Shown here in pieces: positions 48,795-57,932 of a stretch of DNA of 64,000 nucleotides (its first letter is position 1; each line of letters starts with the position of its first letter). Source of the DNA: Candidatus Fervidifonticultor sextus (lineage in GTDB: Bacteria; Sysuimicrobiota; Sysuimicrobiia; Sysuimicrobiales; Humicultoraceae). The notes beneath the pieces are model-generated. The model saw only the letters and a program-made list of their open reading frames with translations, did not search any database and was not told the origin of the DNA. Location: NCBI GenBank assembly GCA_031459875.1, contig JAVKHQ010000003.1, positions 1 to 64,000 on the forward strand, written 5' to 3'. A program made the translations under genes and the position numbers.

Positions 48795-49812
48795 GGGCGG
48801 TCCCCCCATCCGACGGCCGCAGTCCGGGCCCGGTGCGGTAGAGCGCCCGGCGGGCCGCCTCCACGATGTCCTCGGCGTGGGGGAGCGCCAGCAGTTCCAG
48901 GTTGCGCGCGTAGGGCATGGGGACATCGGCGCCGGTGACGCGTTCCACCGGTGCGTCCAGCAGGTCGAAGGCCCCTTCCGTGATGGATGCGGCGATCTCG
49001 GCGGCGGCGCCGTAGGGGCGCCACTGTTCCTGCACGACCACCGCGCGGTGCGTGCGGCGGGCCGACTCCACCAGGGTCCGCGTGTCCAGCGGCCGCAGCG
49101 TCCGCGGATTGATGACCTCGGCCTCGATGCCGTCGTCCCGGGCCAGACGATCGGCCGCCTCCAGGGCCACTCCCAGCATGCGGCTGAAGGCCACGATGGT
49201 CACGTCGCGGCCCCGCCGCACGATCTCGGCCTGGCCGAACGGCAGCGCGAACTCCCCGTCGGGCACCTCTCCCTTCTGGCTGTAGAGGGCGGCGTGCTCG
49301 AGGAAGATCACCGGGTCCCTCCCGCGCATCGCCGTGCGCAGGAGCCCCTTGGCCTCCGCGGGCGTGGCGGGCACGGCCACCTTGAGGCCGGGCACATGGG
49401 CGTAGAACGCCTCGACGCTCTGCGAATGCTGGGCCGACAGTTGCACGCCGGCGCCGTTGGGGCCCCGGATCACCAGGGGCACGTCCACCTGGCCGCCGGA
49501 GAAGTACCGGACCTTGGCCGCGTTGTTGACGATCTGGTCGAAGGCCAGCAGCGAGAAATTCCAGGTCATCACCTCGACGACCGGCCGCAGGCCCAGCATG
49601 GCCATGCCGATGGCCGCGCCCACGAAGCCCAACTCCGAGATGGGGGTGTCGATCACACGCCGGGGCCCGTAGCGGGCAAGCAGGTCCGCGGTCACGCGGA
49701 AGGTCCCCTGGTACTGGCCGATGTCCTCGCCCAGCAGGACCACCGAAGGATCGCGGTCCATCTCCTCGATGAGCGTGGAGCGGATCGCGTCGCGGTAGGA
49801 AAGCTCGGCCAT
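48787..49812 (-). CDS. pdhB: Pyruvate dehydrogenase E1 beta subunit
   Basis: GEDIG, DTPISE, FDQIVNNAAK and AQHSQ. Confidence 0.93.
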   Translation of the reverse strand: MAELSYRDAIRSTLIEEMDRDPSVVLLGEDIGQYQGTFRVTADLLARYGPRRVIDTPISELGFVGAAIGMAMLGLRPVVEVMTWNFSLLAFDQIVNNAAKVRYFSGGQVDVPLVIRGPNGAGVQLSAQHSQSVEAFYAHVPGLKVAVPATPAEAKGLLRTAMRGRDPVIFLEHAALYSQKGEVPDGEFALPFGQAEIVRRGRDVTIVAFSRMLGVALEAADRLARDDGIEAEVINPRTLRPLDTRTLVESARRTHRAVVVQEQWRPYGAAAEIAASITEGAFDLLDAPVERVTGADVPMPYARNLELLALPHAEDIVEAARRALYRTGPGLRPSDGGTARA

Positions 49813-49814
49813 CC

Positions 49815-50876
49815 CTATGGCTCGTCCGCGTACACGTCGGTGTAGAGCGCCTCTGGCGGCGGCGGGTCGCTCCGCTCGGCGAACTCCACTGCCTCCTGCA
49901 CGACCTGCTCGGCTTCTTCGTGGATCGTCGCGACCTTGGCATCGTCCAGCAGCCCGGCTTCGCGCAGGCGGCGCTCGAGCAGCACGATCGGGTCCCTAAG
50001 ACGCACCCGCTCGACTTCTTCCTTCGTGCGGTAGGGCTGGAAGACGTCCGCGGCGCCGTGGCCCGAGAACCGGTAGGTCACCGCCTCCACCGCCCGGGGC
50101 CGCCCGCTGGCGCGCACCTCTGCGATCACCCGGGCGGCGGCCTGCCGGACGGCAACGAAGTCCATCCCGTCGAGCCGCTCGGCGGGGATCGCGTACTGGG
50201 CGAAGCGCGAGGCCAGGTCGGTCACGGCCGATGACCGGGCCACGGAGGTGCCCATCGCGTACTCGTTGTTCTCGACGACGACGACCAGCGGACACAGCCC
50301 CTCGGCCCCCCACAGGCCGGCCATGTTGAGGGCCTCGTGGAAGGCGCCGCCGTTCATCGCACCGTCGCCCATGAAGCACAGGCAGACCCGATCGGTGCCC
50401 TGGTAGCGCACCGCATAGGCCGCGCCCACCGCCAGCGGGATGTGCCCCCCGACGATGCCATAGCCGCCGTAGAACCCGCGGCCGACGTCGAACAGGTGCA
50501 TGGAGCCGCCCTTGCCACGCGCCAGGCCCGTCACCTTGCCGAACAGTTCAGCCATCACCGTACCGGGGGACGCCCCCCGGAAGAGGGCCTGGGCGTGGTC
50601 GCGGTAGGCCGTGAAGAAGATGTCGTCCTCCCGCAGTTCCGCCAGGAATCCCGCCCCGACGGCCTCCTGGCCAGAGTAGACGTGGAGGTAGCCACCAATC
50701 TTGCCCCGTCGGAAGGCGCGCTCGGTCTCTTCTTCGAACCGCCTGGCGATGACCATCTGCCGGTACCAGAAGACGGCCGACGCCAGATCGGCGGGCTGAC
50801 GGGGGCTCGTGGCGACGGCGGGTCCGGAAGACGTCGCGTCCTTCACCGGGTCGGTCTTGGGCGTGCGCTCAACCAT
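49815..50876 (-). CDS. pdhA: Pyruvate dehydrogenase E1 alpha subunit
   Basis: GKIGGYLH, YRDH, GKGGSMH, TPP motif GDGA...ENN, and TYRFSGH. Confidence 0.93.
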   Translation of the reverse strand: MVERTPKTDPVKDATSSGPAVATSPRQPADLASAVFWYRQMVIARRFEEETERAFRRGKIGGYLHVYSGQEAVGAGFLAELREDDIFFTAYRDHAQALFRGASPGTVMAELFGKVTGLARGKGGSMHLFDVGRGFYGGYGIVGGHIPLAVGAAYAVRYQGTDRVCLCFMGDGAMNGGAFHEALNMAGLWGAEGLCPLVVVVENNEYAMGTSVARSSAVTDLASRFAQYAIPAERLDGMDFVAVRQAAARVIAEVRASGRPRAVEAVTYRFSGHGAADVFQPYRTKEEVERVRLRDPIVLLERRLREAGLLDDAKVATIHEEAEQVVQEAVEFAERSDPPPPEALYTDVYADEP

Positions 50877-50982
50877 GCCGCTGATCACTCCCCGACTCGG
50901 GCGCACTCCTTTTACTATACCAGATGAGTTCAACGGGCACGCGTGGGGACCCCGCCCTCCCGCGTGTCCGGTCCGTGGCCGA

Positions 50983-51012
50983 TTGCGGGCCGGACGGACG
51001 CCCGGCTATAAT
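50983..51012 (+). promoter_or_regulatory. Putative sigma70 promoter of the deaminase gene
   Basis: TTGCGG-18 bp-TATAAT. Confidence 0.55.
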
Positions 51013-51033
51013 GGCACCACACCGGGGACTGTT

Positions 51034-52071
51034 GTGGTCGACTCGATTCCATCTTCCTTCATCGACGGGCTCCCGAAGGTCGAACTTCACCTCCATCTGG
51101 AAACGTCGCTGCGTCTGCGCCGCCTCCTGGAGCGAGACGGCCAGAGCGGCCTGTCCCCGGGGCCGGCGCATCTCGTCGCCGATCCCTCCCTGTTCTCCGG
51201 GTACGACCGGCTCCGGCGCCTGCGCTATGCCGGACGGGCCACCCGGATCGCAGACAGCGCCTACTCGCGGGCCAACATCGCCGCGATCACCGCCGAACTC
51301 CTCACCGAGGTCGCCGCGCAGGGGGTCCGGCACGTGGAGATTCGCGTTGGTGGGCGGCGGGGATTCGCGCTGCTCGGCGTCCGAGGCATGCTGGAGGCGA
51401 TGGCGGAGGGCGCGGCCTCGGTGGCGCATCCGGGCCTCAGTTGGGGGTTTGTCATCACGCTGGTCCGCGAGCGGGGCCCGGAAGAGGCCGACCGCCTGGT
51501 GGCCGAAGCGGCGGCCTGCCGGGACTGTGGCATAGTCGGCGTGGACCTGGCGGGCGACGAGGAGAACTATCCGCCGGCGCTCTACGCGGCGGCCATCGGG
51601 CGCGCCCGCGACGCCGGGCTGGGGATTACCGTCCACGCGGGTGAGTTCGCCGGGCCGGCCGGCATCTGGAGCGCCGTCTACCACCTCGGCGCCACGAGGA
51701 TCGGCCACGGCATCCGCGCGGTCGAGGACCCGCACCTGCTGGACCGCCTGCGCACCCGGGGGGTGACGCTGGAACTCTGCCCGACCAGCAACGTCCGGCT
51801 GGGCCTCGTCCCCGGGCTGAACGCGCACCCGATCAAGGCCCTCCTGGCCGCCGGCGTCCCGGTGACGGTGAACAGCGACGACCCGCTGCTGCTGGGGACG
51901 ACGCTGACCCGGGAACTGGACGCCGTGGCCCGCGCGCACCGGCTGGCCCCCGGTGGCGTCGTGGAGCTGTTGGTGGCGGCGGCCAGGGCCGCGTTCCTCC
52001 CCCCTGAGGCGAGGGTGGCCCTGGAACGGCAGATCCACGCGGCCCTGCTGCCGGCGGGAGGGCCGGCGTGA
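51034..52071 (+). CDS. add: Adenosine/adenine deaminase family protein
   Basis: LPKVELHLHLE, DLAGDE, HAGE, RIGHG, CPTSN and NSDDP. Confidence 0.88.
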   Translation: MVDSIPSSFIDGLPKVELHLHLETSLRLRRLLERDGQSGLSPGPAHLVADPSLFSGYDRLRRLRYAGRATRIADSAYSRANIAAITAELLTEVAAQGVRHVEIRVGGRRGFALLGVRGMLEAMAEGAASVAHPGLSWGFVITLVRERGPEEADRLVAEAAACRDCGIVGVDLAGDEENYPPALYAAAIGRARDAGLGITVHAGEFAGPAGIWSAVYHLGATRIGHGIRAVEDPHLLDRLRTRGVTLELCPTSNVRLGLVPGLNAHPIKALLAAGVPVTVNSDDPLLLGTTLTRELDAVARAHRLAPGGVVELLVAAARAAFLPPEARVALERQIHAALLPAGGPA

Positions 52072-52083
52072 TGCGCGGGTTCC

Positions 52084-52112
52084 TTGATTTCTTGAGTCAT
52101 TTACTCTAGAAT
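52084..52112 (+). promoter_or_regulatory. suf operon sigma70 promoter with overlapping inverted-repeat operator
   Basis: TTGATT-17 bp-TAGAAT; TTCTTGAGT-N5-ACTCTAGAA (8 of 9 arm positions match). Confidence 0.75.
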
Positions 52113-52177
52113 TGCCCTGGAACATTTCACGCGGCACAGGCCGGCGGGCCGGCCGCGGCACGGTTCGGAGGCGGTGG

Positions 52178-53008
52178 ATGGCAGACCTGGAAATCCGAGA
52201 TCTCCACGTGCAGGTTGAGGACAAGGTCATCCTCAAGGGGGTCAACCTGCAGCTCTCCAGGGGAGAGATTCATGCCGTCATGGGACCCAACGGGTCGGGC
52301 AAGAGCACGCTGGCCAACGTGCTCATGGGGAACCCCTTCTATCAGGTGGCGAGGGGGGACGTCCTCTACAAGGGAGAGGACCTGCTGGCCATGACGCCGG
52401 ACGAGCGGGCGCGCAAGGGTCTGTTTATCGCCTTCCAGTATCCGGTGAGCATCCCCGGCGTGACCATGGCCAGCTTCCTGCGCACCGCGGTGTCGGCGCG
52501 CCGCGGCTACGAGCACGAGCTCATGCCGGCGGGCGAGTTCCAGAAGCTGCTGCGCGCGAAGATCGAGGCCCTCAAGATCGATCCGTCGATCGCCGGCCGG
52601 TACGTGAACGAGGGGTTCTCCGGCGGCGAGAAGAAGCGGGCCGAGATCCTTCAGATGGCGCTGTTGGAGCCCGAGATCGCCATCATGGACGAAACCGACT
52701 CCGGGCTGGACATCGACTCGGTCAAGATCGTGGCCGACGGCATCATGGACATGTTCACGGAGGCCAGGGGTCAGATGGGCGTGATGGTCATCACCCACTA
52801 CTCGCGCATCCTGCAGTTCCTGCGGCCCCACCATGTGCACATCATGTACGACGGACGGATCGTCGTCTCGGGCGGCCCCGAACTGGCCGAGGAACTGGAG
52901 CAGCACGGATACGAGGGGATCAGGCGGCAGTTTGAGGTCATTGCCGCCGAAGTCGAGGCCTCGGGCGCGGTCCGGCGGGCCGGCAAGGTCTTCTGGGTCG
53001 TGCACTGA
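52178..53008 (+). CDS. sufC: Fe-S cluster assembly ATPase
   Basis: MGPNGSGKST, AFQYP, NEGFSGGEKKR, DETDSGLDID and ITHY. Confidence 0.97.
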   Translation: MADLEIRDLHVQVEDKVILKGVNLQLSRGEIHAVMGPNGSGKSTLANVLMGNPFYQVARGDVLYKGEDLLAMTPDERARKGLFIAFQYPVSIPGVTMASFLRTAVSARRGYEHELMPAGEFQKLLRAKIEALKIDPSIAGRYVNEGFSGGEKKRAEILQMALLEPEIAIMDETDSGLDIDSVKIVADGIMDMFTEARGQMGVMVITHYSRILQFLRPHHVHIMYDGRIVVSGGPELAEELEQHGYEGIRRQFEVIAAEVEASGAVRRAGKVFWVVH

Positions 53009-53038
53009 AGAGGCCCACATCGGGCTAGGGGAGCGAGC

Positions 53039-54445
53039 ATGGCGACGACGAGTCCGCTGGGCATCGATCTCGACCACTACAAGTGGGGGTTCCGCGACCC
53101 CGAGCGCTACGTGTTCAAGGCCCGCAAAGGCCTGGATCGGGAGATCGTGGAGGAGATCTCCCACATGAAGAGCGAGCCCGACTGGATGCGGGCGATCCGC
53201 CTCCATGCGCTGGAGCATTTCCTGAAGCGGCCCACCCCGAAGTGGGGCGCCAACCTGGATCAGATCGACTTCAACGACATCTACTACTACCTCAAACCTA
53301 CCGACGGGAAGGGGCGCACCTGGGACGACGTGCCTGCAGACATCAAGCGCACCTTCGACCGCCTGGGCATCCCCGAGGCCGAGAAGAAGTTCCTGGCGGG
53401 GGTGGGGGCGCAGTACGAGAGCGAGAGCGTCTACCACAACCTCAAGGAGGAATGGGAGCGGCTCGGGGTCATCTTCCTGGACACGGACTCGGCCCTGCGG
53501 GAGCACCCCGACATCGTGCGGGAGTACTTCGGCACGGTGGTGCCGCCGGAGGACAACAAGCTCGCCGCGCTCAATACCGCCGTCTGGTCCGGGGGTTCCT
53601 TCGTCTACGTCCCCGAGGGCGTGAAGGTCGACATCCCGCTGCAGGCGTACTTCCGCATCAACGCCGAGAAGGCCGGCCAGTTCGAGCGGACGCTGATCAT
53701 CTGCGAGCCCGGCTCCTACGTCCACTACGTGGAGGGGTGCACGGCGCCCATCTACACCACCGACTCGCTGCACTCCGCGGTGGTGGAGATCATCGTGAAG
53801 GAGGGCGCCCGCTGCCGGTACACGACGATCCAGAACTGGTCCAAGAACGTCTACAACCTGGTGACCAAGCGGGCGGTGGCCTACCGGGACGCGACTATGG
53901 AGTGGGTGGACGGGAATCTGGGCTCGAAGGTCACCATGAAGTACCCCAGCGTCTACATGGTCGAGCCCGGCGCCAGGGCCGAGATCCTCTCGGTGGCGTT
54001 CGCCGGCGCTGGCCAGCACCAGGACCCGGGGGGCAAGGTCATCCACGCCGCGCCCTACACCCAGTCCAGCGTGGTGAGCAAGTCCATCGCCAAGGACGGC
54101 GGCCGGGCGGGGTACCGCGGGCTGGTGAAGGTCTACCCGGGCGCCCGGGGCAGCCGGTGCGCCGTGCGGTGCGACGCCTTGATTCTGGATGAACGCAGCC
54201 GTTCCGACACCTATCCCTACATGGAGATCGACGAGCAGGACGTCTCCATCACCCATGAGGCCACGGTGTCCAAGGTCTCCGACGAGCAGCTCTTCTACCT
54301 GATGAGCCGTGGCATCAAGGAAGACGAAGCGATGAACATGATCGTCCGCGGCTTCATCGAGCCCATCGTCAAGGAACTGCCACTGGAGTACGCGGTGGAG
54401 CTCAACCGGCTCATCGCCCTCGAGATGGAGGGCTCCGTCGGCTGA
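53039..54445 (+). CDS. sufB: Fe-S cluster assembly protein SufB
   Basis: [31 protein letters not shown] and HEATVSK. Confidence 0.97.
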   Translation: MATTSPLGIDLDHYKWGFRDPERYVFKARKGLDREIVEEISHMKSEPDWMRAIRLHALEHFLKRPTPKWGANLDQIDFNDIYYYLKPTDGKGRTWDDVPADIKRTFDRLGIPEAEKKFLAGVGAQYESESVYHNLKEEWERLGVIFLDTDSALREHPDIVREYFGTVVPPEDNKLAALNTAVWSGGSFVYVPEGVKVDIPLQAYFRINAEKAGQFERTLIICEPGSYVHYVEGCTAPIYTTDSLHSAVVEIIVKEGARCRYTTIQNWSKNVYNLVTKRAVAYRDATMEWVDGNLGSKVTMKYPSVYMVEPGARAEILSVAFAGAGQHQDPGGKVIHAAPYTQSSVVSKSIAKDGGRAGYRGLVKVYPGARGSRCAVRCDALILDERSRSDTYPYMEIDEQDVSITHEATVSKVSDEQLFYLMSRGIKEDEAMNMIVRGFIEPIVKELPLEYAVELNRLIALEMEGSVG

Positions 54446-54459
54446 AGGGCCAGGGACCC

Positions 54460-55794
54460 GTGGGCCAGCACCTCACAGCGACGGCGGCTCCCCTGGCCTT
54501 CTCCCGCAGCGCCGTCCAGCGCCGGAGCGAGGCGCTGGGCGAGCCGGCCTGGGCCCTCCAGCGGCGTCTGAAGGCCTGGGAGGCCTTCGAGCGCCTGCCG
54601 GCGCCGTCGGTGACCCACCCGGAGGAGTGGCGCCGGACCGACATCAGCGGGCTGGAGCTGGGCATGCTGACCCTGCCCGCCGATGGTCCCGTCGAATCCC
54701 CTCCGGCGTTCTTCGGGCCGGTCGCCCGCGAGGGGGCGGAGCGAGGTGGCCTGCTGACCTTCCTGGACGGCCGGCCGGTCGTCGACGGCGGGCGGCTCGG
54801 GGAGGAGGCCGCGCGGGCAGGCGTGCTCTTCACCGATCTGGCATCAGCGGTCCGGGCAGAGCCCGACCTGGTGCGGGACCACCTCTTCAGCCTGGCTCCT
54901 CCGGACGAGCACCGCTTCCGCGCGCTGCATGCGGCGCTGTACTCAGGCGGGACCTTCCTCTATGTGCCGCGCGGCGTGGAGGTCGCGCTCCCGCTGGTTA
55001 CCCAGGCGTGGCTCGGGACGCCCGCGGGCGCCGTCTTCCCGCACACCCTGGTCGTTGCCGACGAGGGCAGCGCGGTGACCCTGGTCGAACTGTTCGGGTC
55101 GTACCCTGAGGGCCCACGCGCGCTGGCCTCCGGCGTCGTCGAGTTGTTCCTCCGCGACGGGGCGCAGGTCCGGTACATGCTGGTGCAGGAGTGGGGCGCT
55201 CCCGTCTGGGAGGTCGGCAGCCTGATCCGCGCGCGACTGGGCCGCGATGCCTCCCTGCGCAGCCTGGTGGCGGCGCTGGGGGGCGGGCTGGTCAAGCTCG
55301 ACGTGGAGTCTCACCTGGAGGGCCCGGGCGCATCGTCGGAGATGCTGGGTCTGTACTTCGGGGCTGACCGCCAGCACATCGACGTCCACACGTTGCAGGA
55401 GCATCGGGCGCCGCACACCACCAGCGACCTCCTCTACCGGGGCGCCGTGAAGGATGCGGCGCGGTCGGTGTTCGCCGGGCTGATCCGCGTCCACCACGGC
55501 GCCCAGAAGACCAACGCCTTCCAGGCCAACCGCAACCTGATCCTCTCCGAGGGCGCGCGGGCGGACTCCATCCCCAAACTGGAGATCATGGCCAACGACC
55601 TGCGCTGCACCCACGGCTCGGCGACCAGCCGCCTGGACGAGGAGCACATCTTCTACCTCATGAGCCGGGGGCTGACCCGCCAGCAGGCCACGTTCATGAT
55701 CGTCGAGGGGTTCTTCGCCGACCTCTTCGATCGGACCCCGATCCCGCGGCTCCGCGGGTACCTGCAGGCGCGGGTCGCCGAGAAGATGATTTGA
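54460..55794 (+). CDS. sufD: Fe-S cluster assembly protein SufD
   Basis: EEWRRTD, AQKTNAFQ, IPKLEI, CTHGS and FYLMSRG. Confidence 0.95.
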   Translation: MGQHLTATAAPLAFSRSAVQRRSEALGEPAWALQRRLKAWEAFERLPAPSVTHPEEWRRTDISGLELGMLTLPADGPVESPPAFFGPVAREGAERGGLLTFLDGRPVVDGGRLGEEAARAGVLFTDLASAVRAEPDLVRDHLFSLAPPDEHRFRALHAALYSGGTFLYVPRGVEVALPLVTQAWLGTPAGAVFPHTLVVADEGSAVTLVELFGSYPEGPRALASGVVELFLRDGAQVRYMLVQEWGAPVWEVGSLIRARLGRDASLRSLVAALGGGLVKLDVESHLEGPGASSEMLGLYFGADRQHIDVHTLQEHRAPHTTSDLLYRGAVKDAARSVFAGLIRVHHGAQKTNAFQANRNLILSEGARADSIPKLEIMANDLRCTHGSATSRLDEEHIFYLMSRGLTRQQATFMIVEGFFADLFDRTPIPRLRGYLQARVAEKMI

Positions 55795-55795
55795 G

Positions 55796-56140
55796 ATGGG
55801 CGAGTTCACCAAGGTGGCCACCCTCGACCAGGTCCCCCCGGGGACCGCGAAGCAGGTGGTGGTGGACGGCCGCAAGATCGCCATCGTCAACGCCCGGGGC
55901 ACCGTCTATGCCATCGACGACACCTGTACCCATGAGGAGGAGTCGCTGGCCGAGGGTCCTGTGGTCGGCGAGATCATCGTCTGCCCCAAGCACGGCTCGC
56001 GCTTCCACGTCCCGACCGGCCGGGTCCTCTCCCTGCCGGCGGTCCGGCCGGTCAACACGTATCCGGTGAAGGTCGTCGGCGACGACATCCTGCTGCTGCC
56101 GGAACCCAGGCCGGGCCAGGGGATGCCGCACAAACGCTAG
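55796..56140 (+). CDS. Rieske-type [2Fe-2S] ferredoxin
   Basis: CTH...CPKH Rieske ligands. Confidence 0.92.
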   Translation: MGEFTKVATLDQVPPGTAKQVVVDGRKIAIVNARGTVYAIDDTCTHEEESLAEGPVVGEIIVCPKHGSRFHVPTGRVLSLPAVRPVNTYPVKVVGDDILLLPEPRPGQGMPHKR

Positions 56141-56151
56141 GAGGAGCCACG

Positions 56152-57405
56152 ATGACGTTGGGCGAGCGGGTCCGCGGAGATTTCCCCCTGCTGCAGCGTC
56201 CCATGAACGGGAAGCGGCTGGTCTACCTCGACAGCGCGGTGACCTCGCAGAAGCCCCGGGAGGTCATCGACGCGCTCCGACACTACTACGAGACGTACAA
56301 CGCCAACATCCACCGCGGAATCTACCGCATCGCCGAGGAAGCCACCGCGCGGTTCGAGGAAGCCCGGGCGAAGGTCGCGGCCTTCCTGGGCGCCGCCCGG
56401 CCGGAGGAGATCGTCTTCACCCGCGGGACCACCGAGGCCCTCAACCTGGTGGCGGCGACCTGGGGCCGCACGCGCGTGGGGCCCGGGGACGAGATCCTGC
56501 TCACCGAGATGGAACACCACAGCAACATCGTCCCCTGGCAGCTGGTCGCGGCCGAGCGTGGCGCCGCCCTCCGGTACATCCCGGTGACCGACGAGGGCCG
56601 GCTGGACCTGGCGGCCCTCGACCGGCTGCTCACGGAGCGGACGAAGATCGTCGCGCTGACCCACCAGTCCAACGTGCTCGGCACCGTCAACCCGGTCCGC
56701 CTCATCGCCGACCGGGCCCACGCGGTGGGCGCCCACGTGGTCGTGGACGCCGCGCAGAGCGTGCCCCATCAGCCCGTCAACGTGGGGGCGCTGGGCGCCG
56801 ACTTCCTGGCGTTCTCGGGGCACAAGATGCTGGGCCCCACCGGCACCGGCGGGCTGTGGGCCCGCTACGACCTGCTGGAGGCGATGCCGCCCTACCACGG
56901 CGGCGGCGAGATGATCGTGCTGGTGGAACTCGACCGCTCCACCTACAAAGACCCGCCGCACAAGTTCGAGGCCGGGACGCCCAACATCGCCGACGAGATT
57001 GTGCTGGGGGTCGCGGTGGACTACCTGCGCCGGATCGGGATGGAGGCCATCGCCGCCTACGAGCACGAGTTGACCGCCTACGCCCTGGAGCGGCTGCGGG
57101 AGGTCCCGGGCCTGCGCATCATCGGTCCGCAGGTGGCCGCGGATCGGGGCGGAGCGATCAGCTTCACGATGGACGTCGCGCACCCCCACGACATCGCCCA
57201 GGTCCTCGATCAGGAGGGCATTGCGGTCCGGGCCGGGCACCACTGCGCCCAGCCGCTGCACCGACGGTTCGGGGTTGCCGCCACGGCGCGCGCGAGCGTC
57301 TACCTCTACAATACGCGTGAGGATATCGACGCGCTGGTGGAGGGGTTGCACGGGGTCCGGCGCCTGTTTGTCCGCTCACCTCACCCGGTCGCAGACCCCG
57401 GCTAG
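56152..57405 (+). CDS. sufS: Cysteine desulfurase SufS
   Basis: YLDSAVTSQKP, EHHSN, SGHKM and RAGHHCAQP. Confidence 0.96.
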   Translation: MTLGERVRGDFPLLQRPMNGKRLVYLDSAVTSQKPREVIDALRHYYETYNANIHRGIYRIAEEATARFEEARAKVAAFLGAARPEEIVFTRGTTEALNLVAATWGRTRVGPGDEILLTEMEHHSNIVPWQLVAAERGAALRYIPVTDEGRLDLAALDRLLTERTKIVALTHQSNVLGTVNPVRLIADRAHAVGAHVVVDAAQSVPHQPVNVGALGADFLAFSGHKMLGPTGTGGLWARYDLLEAMPPYHGGGEMIVLVELDRSTYKDPPHKFEAGTPNIADEIVLGVAVDYLRRIGMEAIAAYEHELTAYALERLREVPGLRIIGPQVAADRGGAISFTMDVAHPHDIAQVLDQEGIAVRAGHHCAQPLHRRFGVAATARASVYLYNTREDIDALVEGLHGVRRLFVRSPHPVADPG

Positions 57406-57470
57406 CCGCGCCTCCCCGCCCCATCCGGCAGGGGGGCGGGGGCGGCGTCTCGAATCAGGCGGGGACACCG

Positions 57471-57932
57471 ATGGCCCTCGACGACCTCTACCGTGAGGTC
57501 ATTCTCGACCATTACGCCCACCCCCGCAACCGGGGCCGCCTGGAACCCAGTGACATTGCCGTCGAAGGCGCCAATCCCCTCTGCGGCGACGAACTGGCGC
57601 TGTTCGTGCGCCTGGAGGGGGATCGGGTGGGGGACGTGCGCTTCGAAGGCCGCGGCTGTTCCATCAGCCAGGCGTCCGCCTCCATGATGACCGACGCCAT
57701 CAAGGGCAAGACGCTGGAGGAGGTCCGCGCGCTCATCGGGGCCTTCAAGGGCATGATGCACGGCCAGGAGCCTGAGGTCGACCTGGGCGACCTGGTCGCC
57801 CTGCAGGGTGTCCGCCGGTTCCCGGTCCGGATCAAGTGCGCGACCCTGGCGTGGGTGGCCCTGGAGCAAGGCCTGGAGGATCGCCGCGCCGGACGGGCGC
57901 CGTCGGTGGCCAGCACTGAGACCGATGGGTGA
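57471..57932 (+). CDS. sufU: SufU / NifU-like sulfur acceptor
   Basis: LYREVILDHY, NPLCGD, GCSISQASAS and RIKCATL. Confidence 0.95.
   Translation: MALDDLYREVILDHYAHPRNRGRLEPSDIAVEGANPLCGDELALFVRLEGDRVGDVRFEGRGCSISQASASMMTDAIKGKTLEEVRALIGAFKGMMHGQEPEVDLGDLVALQGVRRFPVRIKCATLAWVALEQGLEDRRAGRAPSVASTETDG

Noticed and set aside
57408..57447. GC hairpin between sufS and sufU as a terminator
   Set aside because: It has no U-tract and lies inside a conserved operon; at most a stability element.
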